This document shows, piece by piece, positions 21,653 through 36,855 of a DNA stretch of 64,000 nucleotides. The translations under genes and the position numbers were made by a program. Below the pieces are notes generated by a model. It was given only the letters and a program-made list of their open reading frames with translations, did not search any database and was not told where the DNA came from. How positions within the stretch are numbered: position 1 is the stretch's first letter; each line of letters starts with the position of its first letter. Source of the DNA: Selaginella moellendorffii (taxonomy: Eukaryota; Plantae; Lycopodiophyta); contig NW_003314290.1 of the NCBI RefSeq assembly GCF_000143415.4, forward strand, positions 1,664,454 to 1,728,453. Reading direction: 5' to 3'.

Positions 21653-23058
21653 CTAAGCCTTGACCTTTCCAAAAACCTTGGCCTTCTCCAGCGATGTCTG
21701 GAAGCGGCCGTGTCCAAACTTGGAGGAGGTGTCCACGAACTTGAGCTTGATATCCTCCAGAGCATTGCGAGAGGTCTGTTTCCACAAAGACTGGCGGAGA
21801 GTGATGACGCGCTTCCTCACGCCCATGCAGCACCCCTTGATCATGATATAATCCTCGTTGACAACACCGTAGTGTGCAAAGCCACCCATCGGCGTGATAT
21901 CTTTGTCGGTCGTGTCGAACTCCGTGCTTGCCTTGTGAGACTCCTGCCCCTGCTTGCCGATCTTGTAGATCTTCTTGTTCATCTCGGTACGGTGATGGTA
22001 TCTGCGAGAATATAGAACAAAATTTAGTACAATCCGAGAGAACCAACTGTGAAAACTTACCCGTTCTGACCGGCCCTGGCAACCGTGAACGAAACGCGAG
22101 CTGGATGCCACGCTCCGATACAAGCAACCTTTCGCAGACCCCTGTGAGTCTTCCGGGGCAACCTGGTAACCCCCCATCTCGTCACCACACCCTCGTAGCC
22201 GTGACCCTTGGTGACTCCGATCACGTCAATCATCTCATCCTTGCGGAAGACACTGTCGATCGGCACGGCCTTCTCGAAGAAGTTATACGCAAAGTCAACC
22301 TTCTCCGCGGTCGTGCCTCCGTTCACCTGAATCTCCATGAGATGGGCCTTCTTCTGCTTGATGCCCTTGAGGTTGCGAACCTGGGGATAGTTCTCAAACA
22401 TTAGCACGAGTCAATTGTTTCTGGATCGAGAGTTTTCATACCTTGGTGTGAGCGAGGACTCGGATCACAGAGCCGTACTTCTTCATACGCTCCAGTTCGT
22501 GTTCGATGCCCTTCTTTCCTTCGTCGGTGTCATACTTCTTCGCGTACTTGGTGAACGCCTTCTTCTTCGACTTGTAGAAGTTCTTGTAGAACCTCCTCTT
22601 GAGATCGTCGCTCAAGTGCTGAGCCCAGACCGTGTTGAGAGAGCGCAGGCCGCGAGGAGTCTTAATGTACGCCACCACTCCGACGATAATGAGCGGTGGT
22701 GTCTCGATGATGGTCACAGCCTCGCAGGTCTCCTTCTTGTGGAGCTCTGGACAAATGAACGCGAAATTTAGCTCTCGAAATGGGAAGAACAGCGGACTTA
22801 CTAGATCCTGGCTTCTCGACCTCCCGGACGATATGAGTCATACCGGCCTTGTATCCCATGAAGGCTGTCAAATGGGGCTTCTTCGTAGGATCATCCCGAG
22901 GGAAGGATTTCACTACCAAGAGAAAATGTATGAAATTCGGGAGAAGAGAAATCGAGAAAACGAGCACACATACCTTTGCCGCGATGGCGCTGGGCACGCT
23001 TCCTGGGAAGGAAGCCCAGAGATCCATGCCGGGGATGCTCGAACTTCCGGTGGCTCAT
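21653..23058 (-). CDS. RPL3: 60S ribosomal protein L3 (uL3)
   Basis: [18 protein letters not shown]; [16 protein letters not shown]; [20 protein letters not shown]; [13 protein letters not shown]. Confidence 0.98.
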
Positions 23059-23431
23059 GGCGGCGCCGCGCTCCTCCGCCCCTGTCCAAAATCCCTCTAA
23101 ACCCTAGCCGTCGAGCAAAATCCCGACCTAGCAAACACACCAGCCGTCGATCGCATCTAGCGGCCACGATTCATGATTCTTAGCATATTCTCTTAGGGCT
23201 TATTTTTTACATTTCTTCTATTTCCGGTTACATTCTAAGGAAGGTTCGCTGGAATCGAAACCTGGCCGCCAAAAAATAATAGGGTTCAAGTAAGCGAAAA
23301 TAGCTGCATGCCACGTATGTTACGTGGCAGGCCTTAGAAATGAGCGCGTGGCCTTCTAGGTTTTTACTGATCAGCTAAAAGTTCTCCCACCTCGTCTCAC
23401 TCGCGATCGTCATATTCTCCTTCCTCTTGCA

Positions 23432-25084
<1,653 letters not shown>

Positions 25085-25188
25085 CTTCGGATTCTGTGCG
25101 TAGAAGTTTAGAGATGCAATAAAACCGATTCATTTCTTTTCTATCTGAGCTATTATCATACAAGTTAAAAGCGAGATTCATATTGGCT

Positions 25189-26683
25189 ATGGCTGCTCAA
25201 GCTTGTACCGGCTCTCAGCTTGGAGCTCTTTTGAGAAAGCGAAGCTGCGTTGGAAAGCCATGGGAAGGAAATCGAATCAACACGAGGCGCCGTGGTGTGG
25301 CTTGTGCTGCGGTGATTCTCTCTCTCTCTTGTTTTTTCTCTCCTTGGCTCTTCTGGATCAATCGATTGGTTTCCAGGTGGGTTGTAGCGATTTGATCCAA
25401 TTGGCTCCAGCGCTGGTAGCCGACGCATCGTCCTGGAGTGCTGGGGATTGGCTCAGTGGTTTGCTCTTCAACGCGGGCCAGGACGCAAACAGTGCGGTGC
25501 AAGGGGAACTATCGGCCCTCTCTCTTGCCAGGTAGAAAACTTTTTCGCGAGAAATCTATAAGCTTTTTGGATTGATTTTCCAGCGTCGCAACCATCTTTG
25601 GAGCGGGTCTTGTGACGAGCCTCTCGCCATGCACGCTCAGCGTTCTGCCATTGACGCTCGGCTACATTGGTAACTTTCGTGAGTTTCTTGACAAGAAAAA
25701 TTGGTTTTTTTTTTCTTTCTCTATCACTACTCTAGGATCATCGGGGTCAGGGAAGAGTCAGGCGCAGGTAAGAAACTCTCGCTCTCTCTTTGATCTTCTT
25801 TTTTTTTTCTCGTGGAAAGTTTAGATCGCGGTGGATGCTTTTGCATTCTCGATGGGATTGGCGACAACGCTCGCGGTGCTGGGGATCGTGGCATCGCTCG
25901 CTGGAAAAGCTTACGGGCAGATCGGGCAAGGCCTTCCAATCGGTGTCTCCTGCTTGGCCATGCTTATGGGACTCAACCTTCTCGAGGTGATCAAACTTTT
26001 GCTTATAAACCTGCAATAGCTAATATAGCTTTCCATGATCAACAGATTATTGAGCTGCAACTCCCATCGTTCTTCGGAAACTTCGATCCTCGCTCTGCTG
26101 CTGCCAATCTTCCCACAAGTTCGTGCTGCTTTAAGCATAGAATAAACTTTCACTGATTTCTTCCATCTCTCCAGGTGTTCAGGCCTATCTAGCCGGTTTA
26201 ACGTTTGCTCTCGCGGCCTCTCCGTGCAGCACACCTGTTCTTGCGACTCTACTCGGCTATGTCGCAGCTTCCCAGGTGTGACTTGGTTGTTTGCTTTAGT
26301 TCCTAGAGTTCTATAGGAGCATAATTCTTTCGTTTCTCTTTTCCAGGACCCGGTGACTGGTGGTGCATTGCTGCTTGTCTATACAAGCGGCTATGTCTCA
26401 CCACTGCTACTCGCAGCATCGTTTGCTGGTGCTCTTCAGGTTTTTTCGATTTCGTTCATTTCAATCAGGCTTGCTTTGCTAACACAGAGTTTGCAGCAAC
26501 TTTTAGCGCTTCGGAAGTTTTCTGCATGGATCAATCCTACCAGGTACGGAATTTTTTTTATATGTATTTACACCTTTTTCGTGCTGGTTTTGTAGTGGAG
26601 CCTTGCTTCTGGGAGGAGGGCTGTATACGTTTCTCGACAAAACATTTCCATCATCATCTATGTCCTCAATGATGATGATGTAG
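25189..26683 (+). CDS. CCDA: Chloroplast cytochrome c biogenesis thiol-disulfide transporter CcdA
   Basis: [18 protein letters not shown] and [18 protein letters not shown] motifs; multiple TM exons. Confidence 0.92.
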
Positions 26684-27456
26684 CTTTTCTATGGAAAAGA
26701 GATAGATCATTTAAAATTAATGTTAATGCTGGAACAAACCATTATAGCCAATAAGATTCCGCCACGGTCTTAAAGTTCTCACTTGAAAGCTATAAGTCTT
26801 GAGGATGGTTTCATCGCTCGATCACTGTTGAATGGGTGGAACATGATTGCTAGAAGATAATCAATCCAAAGTAATCAGTCAACGACGACCAAACTTCAGT
26901 AGTGTAGCCCACTGGATTGCTGAGACTTTTATTTCCCCATCTATTCCATACCATAACCACGATGTTTTTTGCATGACATCGATTGCTCCTTTGATATGCT
27001 TCTGGATTTCCTGATCACAAGGAACTTCCGTGTGGTGGGAATGAACTTTTTAAGTACTCTCTCCCAGATACCCAAACGTGATCTTCAACCTGAAGCAAGT
27101 TTTGCGGAACGAGAAACAACGAGAAAATTGGAATGTGTGAAACAAATCTGAGACTCAGATAGGCTCCAGTGCTACTAACGCTAGAAGATCCACGGCGCCT
27201 TCGAGCATTTTCACCAGAGGCATCGTTGGTCGTTCCAAGGGGTCCTCCTGGGCACACCATAGCCCGATCGGGTTGAAGACACTCTAGCTTTGCATTCAGG
27301 CATGGGTTTTTGTGATCTTCTCGAGCAATCTACAATGAATGTCTAGCTCTCGGGAATTCTCTAGCAAAGCATCGTTTCGATTTTCGAGCATTACAGCTTC
27401 ACTGATTGATCCGCAAACATGATAGCACTTATTAAAACATAGTTAGATGTACACAC

Positions 27457-27910
27457 TCAAGGTGTGTTCCACCCGTTTAGCATCGCTCGGCCCATGAAAT
27501 CTACCGTTTCTTCAATTGCTTGGGGCACTGCATCGTCCACCGTGCACAGAGGGATCATGACCTTGGGACGTTTCCACTCTTTTAGACGCTTGTACTCGTC
27601 ATCCGACAGAAAAGCTGGCTTGGATGGCCACTCGCTTGGAGTCCAGTAGTAGAGCTTGTGGCGTGGAAGCTACATGAACTAGATCAAATCAAATGTCAGG
27701 ACCAGAAAGGAAAATTACCTCGTTATATCCCCATTCTCCCTGAAGAGGTTTCGTGAGCTCCGGACCGTCGTAGGGGAGGCGAAATCCAGACCTATCCAAA
27801 TTGTATAACTCCAACTCGATTTCCTGCGCAGTTCGTCGAACAGGGCCCTGGCTGCGCGTCCTCGGCCTCTTGCTTTGCCTGTTAAAGCCGCGCCTCTTAG
27901 AGCTCGACAT
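27457..27910 (-). CDS. Small orphan protein, copy 1 (134 aa, 2 exons)
   Basis: Exons 27719-27910 and 27457-27669 with a 49-nt GT-AG intron; frame and intron conserved in copy 2. Confidence 0.65.
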
Positions 27911-30442
27911 TGAAAAGCCTTAAGCCTAGATTAGTTTTATTTTTAATATAACTTAATAAATAGTTAAAATTTAATAAAACATAAAATTAAAAATATGCTA
28001 GATGCCGATTTTCAGCATCCTCAAACCTCTTTTGGACTTCTTCAATTCCTCGATTGCGCTGGCGGGCACTTTCACGAGCTTTGCGATTCAGATTCTCCAG
28101 GATCTAAGAATGGGACGGAGCTTTTTAGAGATCGACGACCATCCTGAGCCTGGAGCTGCACCAGGTTTCGCCCCTTGAGAAATGAGATCCGGCTGAGCTA
28201 AGAAATTCCCCATATTTCCTGAGCTTGCCTGCCCTCTGGAGCGAGCGATGGTATACTCCGACTCTCCTGGCCAGCAGCATTTTCTTCGCTCTGATTTGCC
28301 GCATCGCAAACGACAGCGTCAATCCCCGATTGACCTTCTTGCACGATCATAAATCAAAGTAGTTCTTTCGGAAATATTACCATAGTAACCAAACAGACTG
28401 GAACGTTAAAATCCGTAACCATATCAAAATGCGATGGTGTGGATCGAATAACATATCATCTGTCATGCTTGTTCGAAAAACTTGAGACCTTATACTCGTT
28501 AGAAATCCAAATTCCACGCCAATATAAGATCGAACGAAATCGTTCTCATGAAACGAAATGCTTGGAATCCGCAACACACTCATGGTAGTTCAACCAAAGA
28601 GAAACAAAGAGGAGATGAACGTACCATTTGAACATGGTTGTACCAGACCTTTACCACGTCCTTGAGATCACATTTCCTGCTACCAACAGTCGCCCTGTGA
28701 ACTCACATCACAAGCTCCTCGTCGAGAAGCCCAGCCTCGAATCCATTGCCATGCTCCACGCCCCTCAGGGTGGGAGTTTTGCTGCCATCGGGTCGTGGCC
28801 TTCCTGAGGCTCGAGGACTTCCAGCACGCTCTGGCGGATTCAATAACGCGCTCAAGATCGATGGCGGCCTGTCAAGAGCACAAGTCGAAAGGCCCGAGCG
28901 CTGGAAGGCTTGCAAGAGTTTGAGAAGGCTGTGCACTGGCTCGAGAAGGAATTCCAAGGAACACATCAAAACTTCGTTTAAAACCCCTATGGTTTAAGGG
29001 AATATACCGCTGCTGACATTAGCCCGAGATAAAAAAGAGAAGATGAGACCTGTGTACTGTTTCTTCCGCGAGCGCGATCAACAGCTCTAACGCTAGAGAT
29101 ATCGCTGCCTCGTTTGTCATGTCGATTGCATCTGGCACCAGCTAGAAAATGAAAGATCAAAGATCAAAATGAAAGAAGAAAGAAAGAAAAGAACCTGGGA
29201 TCCTCCAGCAACAGCAGCAGCAGCCTCGAAACGACTCTATCTCCTTATAGATTTATAGCTATTGCTTCCTGTTTCAAGGTAAGGTTAGTGTATGTTTCTG
29301 AATATTTACTACAAGCCTTGTTGGCAGCACGCGGAATTCTATCCGTATGCAGTTTCTTGTCTACGATATCAGTTTTGTCCTTCACTCGCTTTGTTCTTTC
29401 AGTGTTACAGCGAAGGCATTTGGTGCTGAATCCTTACGTGAACTTTGCAAAGCATCAGCACCGCATTGAGCCACTGCCCGTGCTCTGTCTCCACTGATGG
29501 GAGCTTGCGAGACAGCAATCACTACTTCATTAGGAGAGTGTTAACTTGCAGCCGTTGCCGCTGCATTGCCAATCCATGAACCGGAAGGAACTATACAGGG
29601 CTTAACTGGCTAAATCAAACAATGCTCAGTGATGCAAGTAAGTTTTGCTCGCATATATATGTTTTTCACATGAAATCACGTGTGCTGTGTGTTTATTTAC
29701 ACCAAACCTTTGCAAAGTGCCTTGAGAACGATGAAAAAGCTGCCGTGAACTTTGGGAGAGAATCCGAGTTTTTGCGAGATAAACAATCTCGACAGCGCAA
29801 AGGCAATGCCTTCGAAGCCTCGGCGGCAGCTGCCTCCAAGACATCCCTCTTCGGTGCCAAAGTTTTTCGGGTGTGCCACTGGTAAGCTTTTAAGTCTCGT
29901 CATGTTGTCTTAAGCTTTGGCAGGTGTTCTGCATCGGATCCTGCTGCCAAGTTTATTTCGAGACAGGAGTATGTCAATGAGATTATCTCCATCATGCTTG
30001 TTTTAACGGTACTCAATTTCAAGCTGGCTACTCTTTATAGACAGTCGTCAGCTATGTGTCCTATGGACAATTGACCGTGATCTTCAGAGACGCCATAGCA
30101 GCATGGAACACCCAGCCAGCACGGCTGAGACGAGCTTTAAAGACTCACCACAGTGTCCTTGTCCAGCGAGTCATGGATTTTTAAGCGAAGTCCTGTTCCA
30201 GTACTGAGAAACGCGTCATGACTGCTCTATTGAAGTATCGTCACTGCATGTTTCGGCGATCTCGCTGCTTGTCTCTACAATCGCGTCGCTGGTGCTCAGG
30301 AGCTTATTTTCAATTAGCGCTCGGGATTCTTTGCATCAAACTCCACATGATGAGAAGAGCATGGTTTCGACATATCTTCTTTCACTCTTGGTTGAACTTA
30401 CTAAGACATAAGAGAGCGATTTAAACTGGCGGATGCACAAAC

Positions 30443-30886
30443 TCAAGGTGTGTTCCACCCGTTTAGCATTGCTCGGGCCATGTAATCTACCTTTATGTCA
30501 ATCGCTTCGATCACTGCGTCGTCCACCGTGCAATAAGGGATCATGACATTGGGATGTTTCCACCCCTCTTTTAGGCGCCTGTACTCGTCATCCGACAGAA
30601 AATCTGGCTTGGATGGCCACTCGCTTGGAGTCCAGTAGTAGAGCTTGTGGCGTGGAAGCTGTATAGACTAGATCAAATCAAATGCCAGGACCAGAAGAAT
30701 TACCTCTTTATATCCCCATTCTCCCTGAAGGGGTCTCGTGAGCTTGGGACCGTCGTAGGGAAGGCGAAATCCAGATCTATCCAAATTGTATTCCTCTAGC
30801 TCGATTTCCTGCGCAGTTCGTCGAACAGGACCATGGCTGCGCGTCCTCGGCCTGCTGCTTTGCCTCTCAAATCCTTCGCTTTGCAT
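30443..30886 (-). CDS. Small orphan protein, copy 2 (132 aa, 2 exons)
   Basis: Exons 30704-30886 and 30443-30658 with a 45-nt intron; paralogue of 27457-27910 with the same stop (..NGWNTP*). Confidence 0.65.
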
Positions 30887-31004
30887 TTGAGAGGCCCTAA
30901 TGTGAACAAGCTTTTCGACAATGCCCTAATTGTTTTTATAGTATTCGCGTCTCCAAAATTGCCTTATTCCAGAGAATCTTTTCAGATGCGTTTATCGAAC
31001 TCGT

Positions 31005-31290
31005 TTTCTCTCTGATGCAACAAGATCCGATTTTATACGCGCAAGATTGGTAGGAATTCGTTCTGGCTTACGACAGCGCTGTAACATAAGCACAAACTCA
31101 TGCCAACAATGAGAAAACAGACGAGCAAAAGACAGCTTTTGCGATCAAAGCGTGTCACCTTGACCACAGTCCACTCGCTCTTCCTAGAAGTAATCACCTG
31201 GAAGGCGAGCACAAGTTACGAAGAAACGAAAAAGGCAAAAAGAAAACTTTCAAGCTTTACCAGTCAACCGAATAGAATTTAGCCTGGAGT
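31005..31290 (-). pseudogene. Deleted partial duplicate of the SGF29 3' region
   Basis: gcgatcaaagcgtgtcaccttgaccacagtccactcgctcttc...acctggaaggcgagca matches ~32135-32225; the ctgatgca...ggaatt...ctggcttac segment matches ~31728-31813. Confidence 0.7.
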
Positions 31291-31545
31291 TGTGCATGGC
31301 CAGACATCATTAGAGATTAGAATCGGATGTAATAGATATTAGGAGGCACCGGTTTTTCAAGATTTAGAGAGGACTTATCCCCGATGGTACAAATTCTGGA
31401 TGAGCATTGCAACTCTTACCAGCAATGCTATGGTGAACTTGCTCTACCATGTTTGCTGGCCGGTTGAGCTTCTTCTCGTATGTTACTGTTACAGGCGACA
31501 TGGTACAGCTGATCAACTGTGACAATGCTACTGGCTGTTGTTGCT

Positions 31546-32921
31546 TTACTGCCGGTGCCCCTCCGGAAGAGTGACAACGTGGTAAAATGGCACTGTTCGC
31601 TTTGGTAGAAATCCATCCTCGTCGTCGTCATCGAATTCTAGAATATAGCTGGAACAAGAAAGCAAACGACGTCTCGGTTAACACGATACAAGAGATAGAG
31701 AAAAAAAACTTACTCGTCCGTTTTTTTCTGATGCATCAAAATTCGTTTTTTGGCACGCGCAAGACAAGTTTCGATCAGCGCAAAACCAGTGCTAGGAATT
31801 CTTTCTGGCTTACTTTTCTATGAGGACCGACGACAGTAGCTTTGTACAGTGCGGTGGTGCCTGGATACACCGCAAGAACTTGAGATCCCGTTGGAAAATC
31901 CAGCGCTGTCGCTGGTTTTGGGAATTGGATGATTGCGGAGGGAGATAACTTGTACTTCCTGGAGGGCGATGAGAGAAGATTAGCGATGTTAAAGTCGCGG
32001 TTGCTTTACCTCGGTCCACCGGTTCCACCATTTTCTTCTTCGTCCCCAGGCTCTTCGTCTATCACTTCATATCTGGAGAGACAAAGCACTGTGAAAAAAG
32101 ACGAGCAAAAAGATCGACTTAACTTGTTTGTTTCGCGATCAAAGCGCGTCACCTTGACGACAATCCACTCGCTCTTCTCTGAATCTTCAGGAGTAATCCT
32201 CGCGGCGACCTGGAAGGCGAGCAAAAATCACTAAGAAACAAGGAAAATGAAAACTTTCAAGCTCGACCTGGTCTCCAACAGCTTTACCAATTGAATCAGC
32301 CGACCGAGAAACGTTCGGAGAATTCAGCCTGGAAGAGTCTGCATCGGCCTTGGCTCTCTTCCGCTTTTGATCGCCAGTCTCTGGCATTCCATCAAGAAAA
32401 ACATCAGCTAGCAAAAAAGAGAACAGGAGAGAAGAGAGCCAACCAGTTTTACGTCGATGAGCAGCAGCAGCTTGTGAAGGTATCGAGAGAGTGTCCAGAT
32501 TGCTTAGACAAGCATTTGACGCACTAGTTCGACCGAAAAAAAAATTAGCACCATCATCCTCGAAAAGAAGAAAGAAAAAAAAAACCTTTCTTCGGCGTCC
32601 GCAAGTGCTTTAGCTTGACTGTACAAATCCCGTAGCTTGCTCCAGAACTTATCTTCGAACTTCTCGGCTTGCTCTGGTTCTGCAAACTAAAGCTCAATCA
32701 CATCCTTCCTCGAGAAGAAAAAAAGGTCCTAGAGAAAATGTAATTTTTTTGCCGAAAGTGGAAAGAAGAAAAGAAATCTACTTACGGGTCTCTGCGAGCT
32801 TGGCGTGGATCTTATTGATCTTCTTGATCAGACCATCTTGTTCTCTCCTCAATCGATCCAGCTCCTTGAGCCCTTGCGACGCGGCCTCCACGCTCGCCGC
32901 GCTCAATGCATTGCTCGCCAT
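31546..32921 (-). CDS. SGF29: SAGA-associated factor 29 (tandem Tudor H3K4me2/3 reader)
   Basis: N-terminal coiled coil; VAARI...EWIVVKV...EVIDEEP; DFPTGSQVLAVYPGTTALYKATVV; LEFDDDEDG.LPKRTVPFYHVVTLPEGHRQ*. Confidence 0.92.
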
Positions 32922-33052
32922 AGCCCACACTCACAACCCACAAATCAAAACAAACCACAGGCACCAGGTCGCCCGTTCGATCCTCTAGACTTCCCAGGTG
33001 GAACTCTTCTTGATCCTCTTGCAAATAGGACTTTTTGATTGAAAAAAATTCG

Positions 33053-34591
33053 TCAGGCTTGGAAAACTGGGAGCCCCATGCTCGCCATATTTTGGAGCAT
33101 CCATTTCTTCCCTTGCTGCTTAATCTCGCCCCCCAAATCTTGTACCACTGCCGCCCCCGTGCAGCAGCCAAGCTTGCAGCAATGATCCAGCGAGAGGCCG
33201 TTTATCATCCCATATAAGAATCCACTCGCGAACAAGTCGCCAGCGCCGGTTGTGTCCACCACGGACCCGCCTTCCACAGCTTTTGCTCGGACCACCTAAG
33301 ATAAAAATCAGTTGTTTTAGATTGTAGAGCCAAAGTTTGTTTCTTCTAGCTGTTTTTACCTCGTCTCCACTTCGAGCAATGCAGCCCTTTGATCCCAGCA
33401 TAACGACTGCGTTGTTGCAGTACTGCGACAGGAACTTTAATGCCGATTCTGGAGTGGACTCTGGCTCTCCGCTGCAAGAACGAACGGGTAAAAACGAGAG
33501 TATATGGCAATGGAAAACAACTACCCCATGAGTTCACGAGCTTCGTCTTCGTTTGCGAAGCAAAGATCTACTTTTCTCGACTGAAGGAGCTTTAAGAGGC
33601 GCGGCCGGAAGTTCCTCACTACCTACACAAGCAAACAGAGACAGTTAGTCGAATTTGAGGCGACAAAGCTTCTTTCCCTATAGAGATTGTTTGTTGTGTT
33701 GACAGAACCTCAAAGCTAGCGAGATCCATCGAAACAAGAGCACCTTCCAGTTTGGCGAGATGCGCTGCGCTTTCAACAAGCTCTTCTCCATAGAACCCGT
33801 AGCCATTTAGCACAAGCCACTGCAAAGACAACCCAAAAAAAAAAAAAAAACACGGAAATTTGCGTATCAAAACACAAGCTTTCCAAATATCACCTTGATC
33901 CCCTTGAAATCCTCGCGAGTCAATTCGCTTGCCTATGGCAACAAGACACACTTTTAACAACTTGCGAAAACCGAAAAAGGAAAATCAATTTACCTGAAGC
34001 CTCACTGCATCAGATAAACAAGGCCGCATTGTGCGATTGCCAAGAGCATCCACAAGGCACACGCACTAAAACAATGACAAGCAGTAAGAACACCCAGAGA
34101 AAGAAAAAGAAGGAATTTTTAGTCACCTGGCCTGTTGGTCCAGACTTTACTCTCAGGCACGAAAGATCCACCTGAAAGCTTCGCATGCTCGTAGCGAACA
34201 TTTTCCCTTGCTCGTCATTGCCTCTAGCACCGACCATCTTACATCTCACGCCCAGCCCCCCCGCCAAGCCTCGGAGCGTATTCGCTACACTACCTCCAGC
34301 TAGCGTGCGAATTGGACTGGAGAAATCACCATTGGGCAGAACATGCTTGTTCACTTGAGCTAGAATGTCTTCTAGCTCCGTGGCCGTGACCTGAGGGAAG
34401 CGAGCAAGAGCTTTGAGGATTTCGAGGAGGGAGACTAAATATCTTACCCGAATTGAGCCGCCGCGCTCGCCCGGAACAGATTCCAGCATCGCCCAGTCGA
34501 CGCGGGCGACGTGATCAACGAGCGCCACGGGCTGGAGGCCGACGACGACGGCATTGCGCTCGCCATCGCCGTCGCAAGAAGCCGCTCCCAT
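33053..34591 (-). CDS. pfkB-family carbohydrate/nucleoside kinase (At1g19600-like)
   Basis: GLQPVALVDHVARVDW, AGGSVANTLRGL, MDLASFE, CFANEDE, DTTGAGDLFASGFLYG. Confidence 0.9.
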
Positions 34592-36855
34592 TGGCGCCCT
34601 AGATCCTAAATCCGACCGTTGGATTAAAGGTTTAATCCGACGGCCAGCAGCGCTAGGGCACTTGAGGCGGGAAGTCGATGATTTAAAATCCACGCCATTG
34701 TTGAGCATTGGATGAATGGACAGATAGAAGATCGAACTAGGAGACCGAGCTACTATCGAGGAATTGTTCTTTGCGTCTAATAGTAGGAATTTCCTTTGTC
34801 TAGTTTCTGGGATTCAGGGTTCGAAAGATAACTGTAAGTAATGGCGATTATGAGTTTAACTTGAGCTCCTTGGTTACCATCTCCGTCTTGGTGAAGAATC
34901 CAGTGACGGGAAACTCTACTTTTGGGTGGTAAAAGAACAGCCAATCGAAGGTTTTTCCAGTGCCTAACATGATTTAGATTGTAGTCTTTTTCATATTACG
35001 AAATGGTTTCTTGTTCTCAGGAATTGATCGCTTTCAAGAAAGGAACATCGACAGTCCCTTTGAGCATATCCAGGTTTCATGGAAGGTCAAAGAGCTGGCT
35101 CGGTGTGAATGCACCAAATCCAATTGGATGACGAAAACCGCCCAGGAACTTGAAACTCTGGAGTTTGCCTGGAGGTGATGAGCTCATCAGAAGTTCAGTT
35201 CTTCACAAGTTAGATGAATTAGTTTTACTAAATACTTTATTTCTGGAAACTAAGCCAAGATAAATAAAAGAATTAGAATCATGGACCTCAGAAGCTGAGG
35301 ACCGGGCCGGCCCTGATCCACAAACTGCTGAAGAAATACAGCTAAAGCACAATTTAGGATTCCGTGTGCAAAGCTGCTCGCAAAGTGGATGATGGAAATT
35401 TCACTATGTGGATTCCCAGGAATATACCTCATATAAAAAAGACGAGAGACAAAAGAATAAAGAGTCGCAAAAGAAGTGTCGAGAAAGATTGCCCTGGAGC
35501 GTGTGATGAGTGGCTTGCGTTGAGAGGCAAGGGAACATCATGCATCTATAGGTGTATCTTGTCTCCATTGTGGGTTTTTTATTGGTGCATTGCCTGGGAA
35601 TATGTACTGGACAGTATACAACCATATAATGTGGTTAAGGTACACGCATAACACACTTGCCCTCTTTAAGGCAAGAAATATTCTCAGGATTCAATACAAA
35701 TTCAATATCATTGCAACTAAGAGAGGAACAACTCTCTGGAGTCCCAAATAGGTAGCTGAGCCTTGATCTCAGACTAGTGCCAACTTTAGATGCTGAGGGT
35801 GCATGGCAACCTCTCATCTAGATTTATGGAAGATCCCTGGTCAATTGCAGGGAATAAGATGATGAGAATGCTCTTTGTCTTGGGAAAGAAGAACAAGTCT
35901 ATCCAGCACTATCAATAGAGTTTGTTCCTGCGTGGAAAGGGTGAGCCGAGCATTAGCCCAGTGGGCACATTCTGAGCTCATGCTTGTGAACTGCCTTAAC
36001 ATGCATGTGGCAAGCCTATTGAGGTGGTATATATGGCATCTTGTAATGTTGGTCGAATTGAAAATTGCCATGTGGTATGGCTCAGATTTCTGTAGTGGAT
36101 TTCCTCCATGACAGCAACAGCAAATCAAAGGCAAGAGTTTGGTGTTGTGTTGCTCTAATGCAGTTCTCTAGAATTACAATAGCACTCTACCTAGATTTCT
36201 TAGAGTTGCCTGATGATTGTGAAATCCACCATTCTCCCAGACCATCAACCATGAAGTGGATCTCTTAGTGATGGTGAGGAGAGTGATTAGGAGCTTAACT
36301 CACTCTAGTAGGTAGTACATGTTCTCGAGAACATAAGTGCCATATGGGTGGCTTGATCACCTTAATAGGTGAGTTATTGCCTATTAAAAACTTAAAATGA
36401 TCAAAGTTGTTTTTTTTTTCATACTTTCCCTCTTTTTAGATGGTTCTAAATTAAGGTAGATAAGGAATATAAAGTGTTGTATATGGTGTGAAAATCTAAC
36501 ATGTGTATTCATCCATAGCCCACTTGCTATCAACAATGTAAGGAATATATTAAAAAACAACAACAAACTCAAAAGTTTTTTCCTTTGATAATGTTCATGT
36601 TTGATGGCTAATAGTGGAGATTGGTTAGTAGACATGTTCAAACTAGAATTTACCATGTTTTTGAAAATCTACAAGCATGAAGTTCATTTTTATCTATCTA
36701 GATTTGAAATCATTGCCACCTATTTTCCCAAGTGAGCATGAGCATGATTGAGATTTACTATTGAACCTATTAAAGATCCCAATTACAATATTGCCATACA
36801 TTGAAAATCAAAATGAAAAAGATAACTAACCTTGATCAACCCATAATCTATGCTC

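Noticed and set aside
28000-30350. Exon-like fragments between the two orphan genes
   Set aside because: Could not build a consistent spliced ORF or recognise a family; probably gene relics.
35380-36400. Possible LINE post-RT fragment
   Set aside because: Only a faint resemblance (VSRALAQW...LVNCL) and no RT core motif found; left within the generic TE island.
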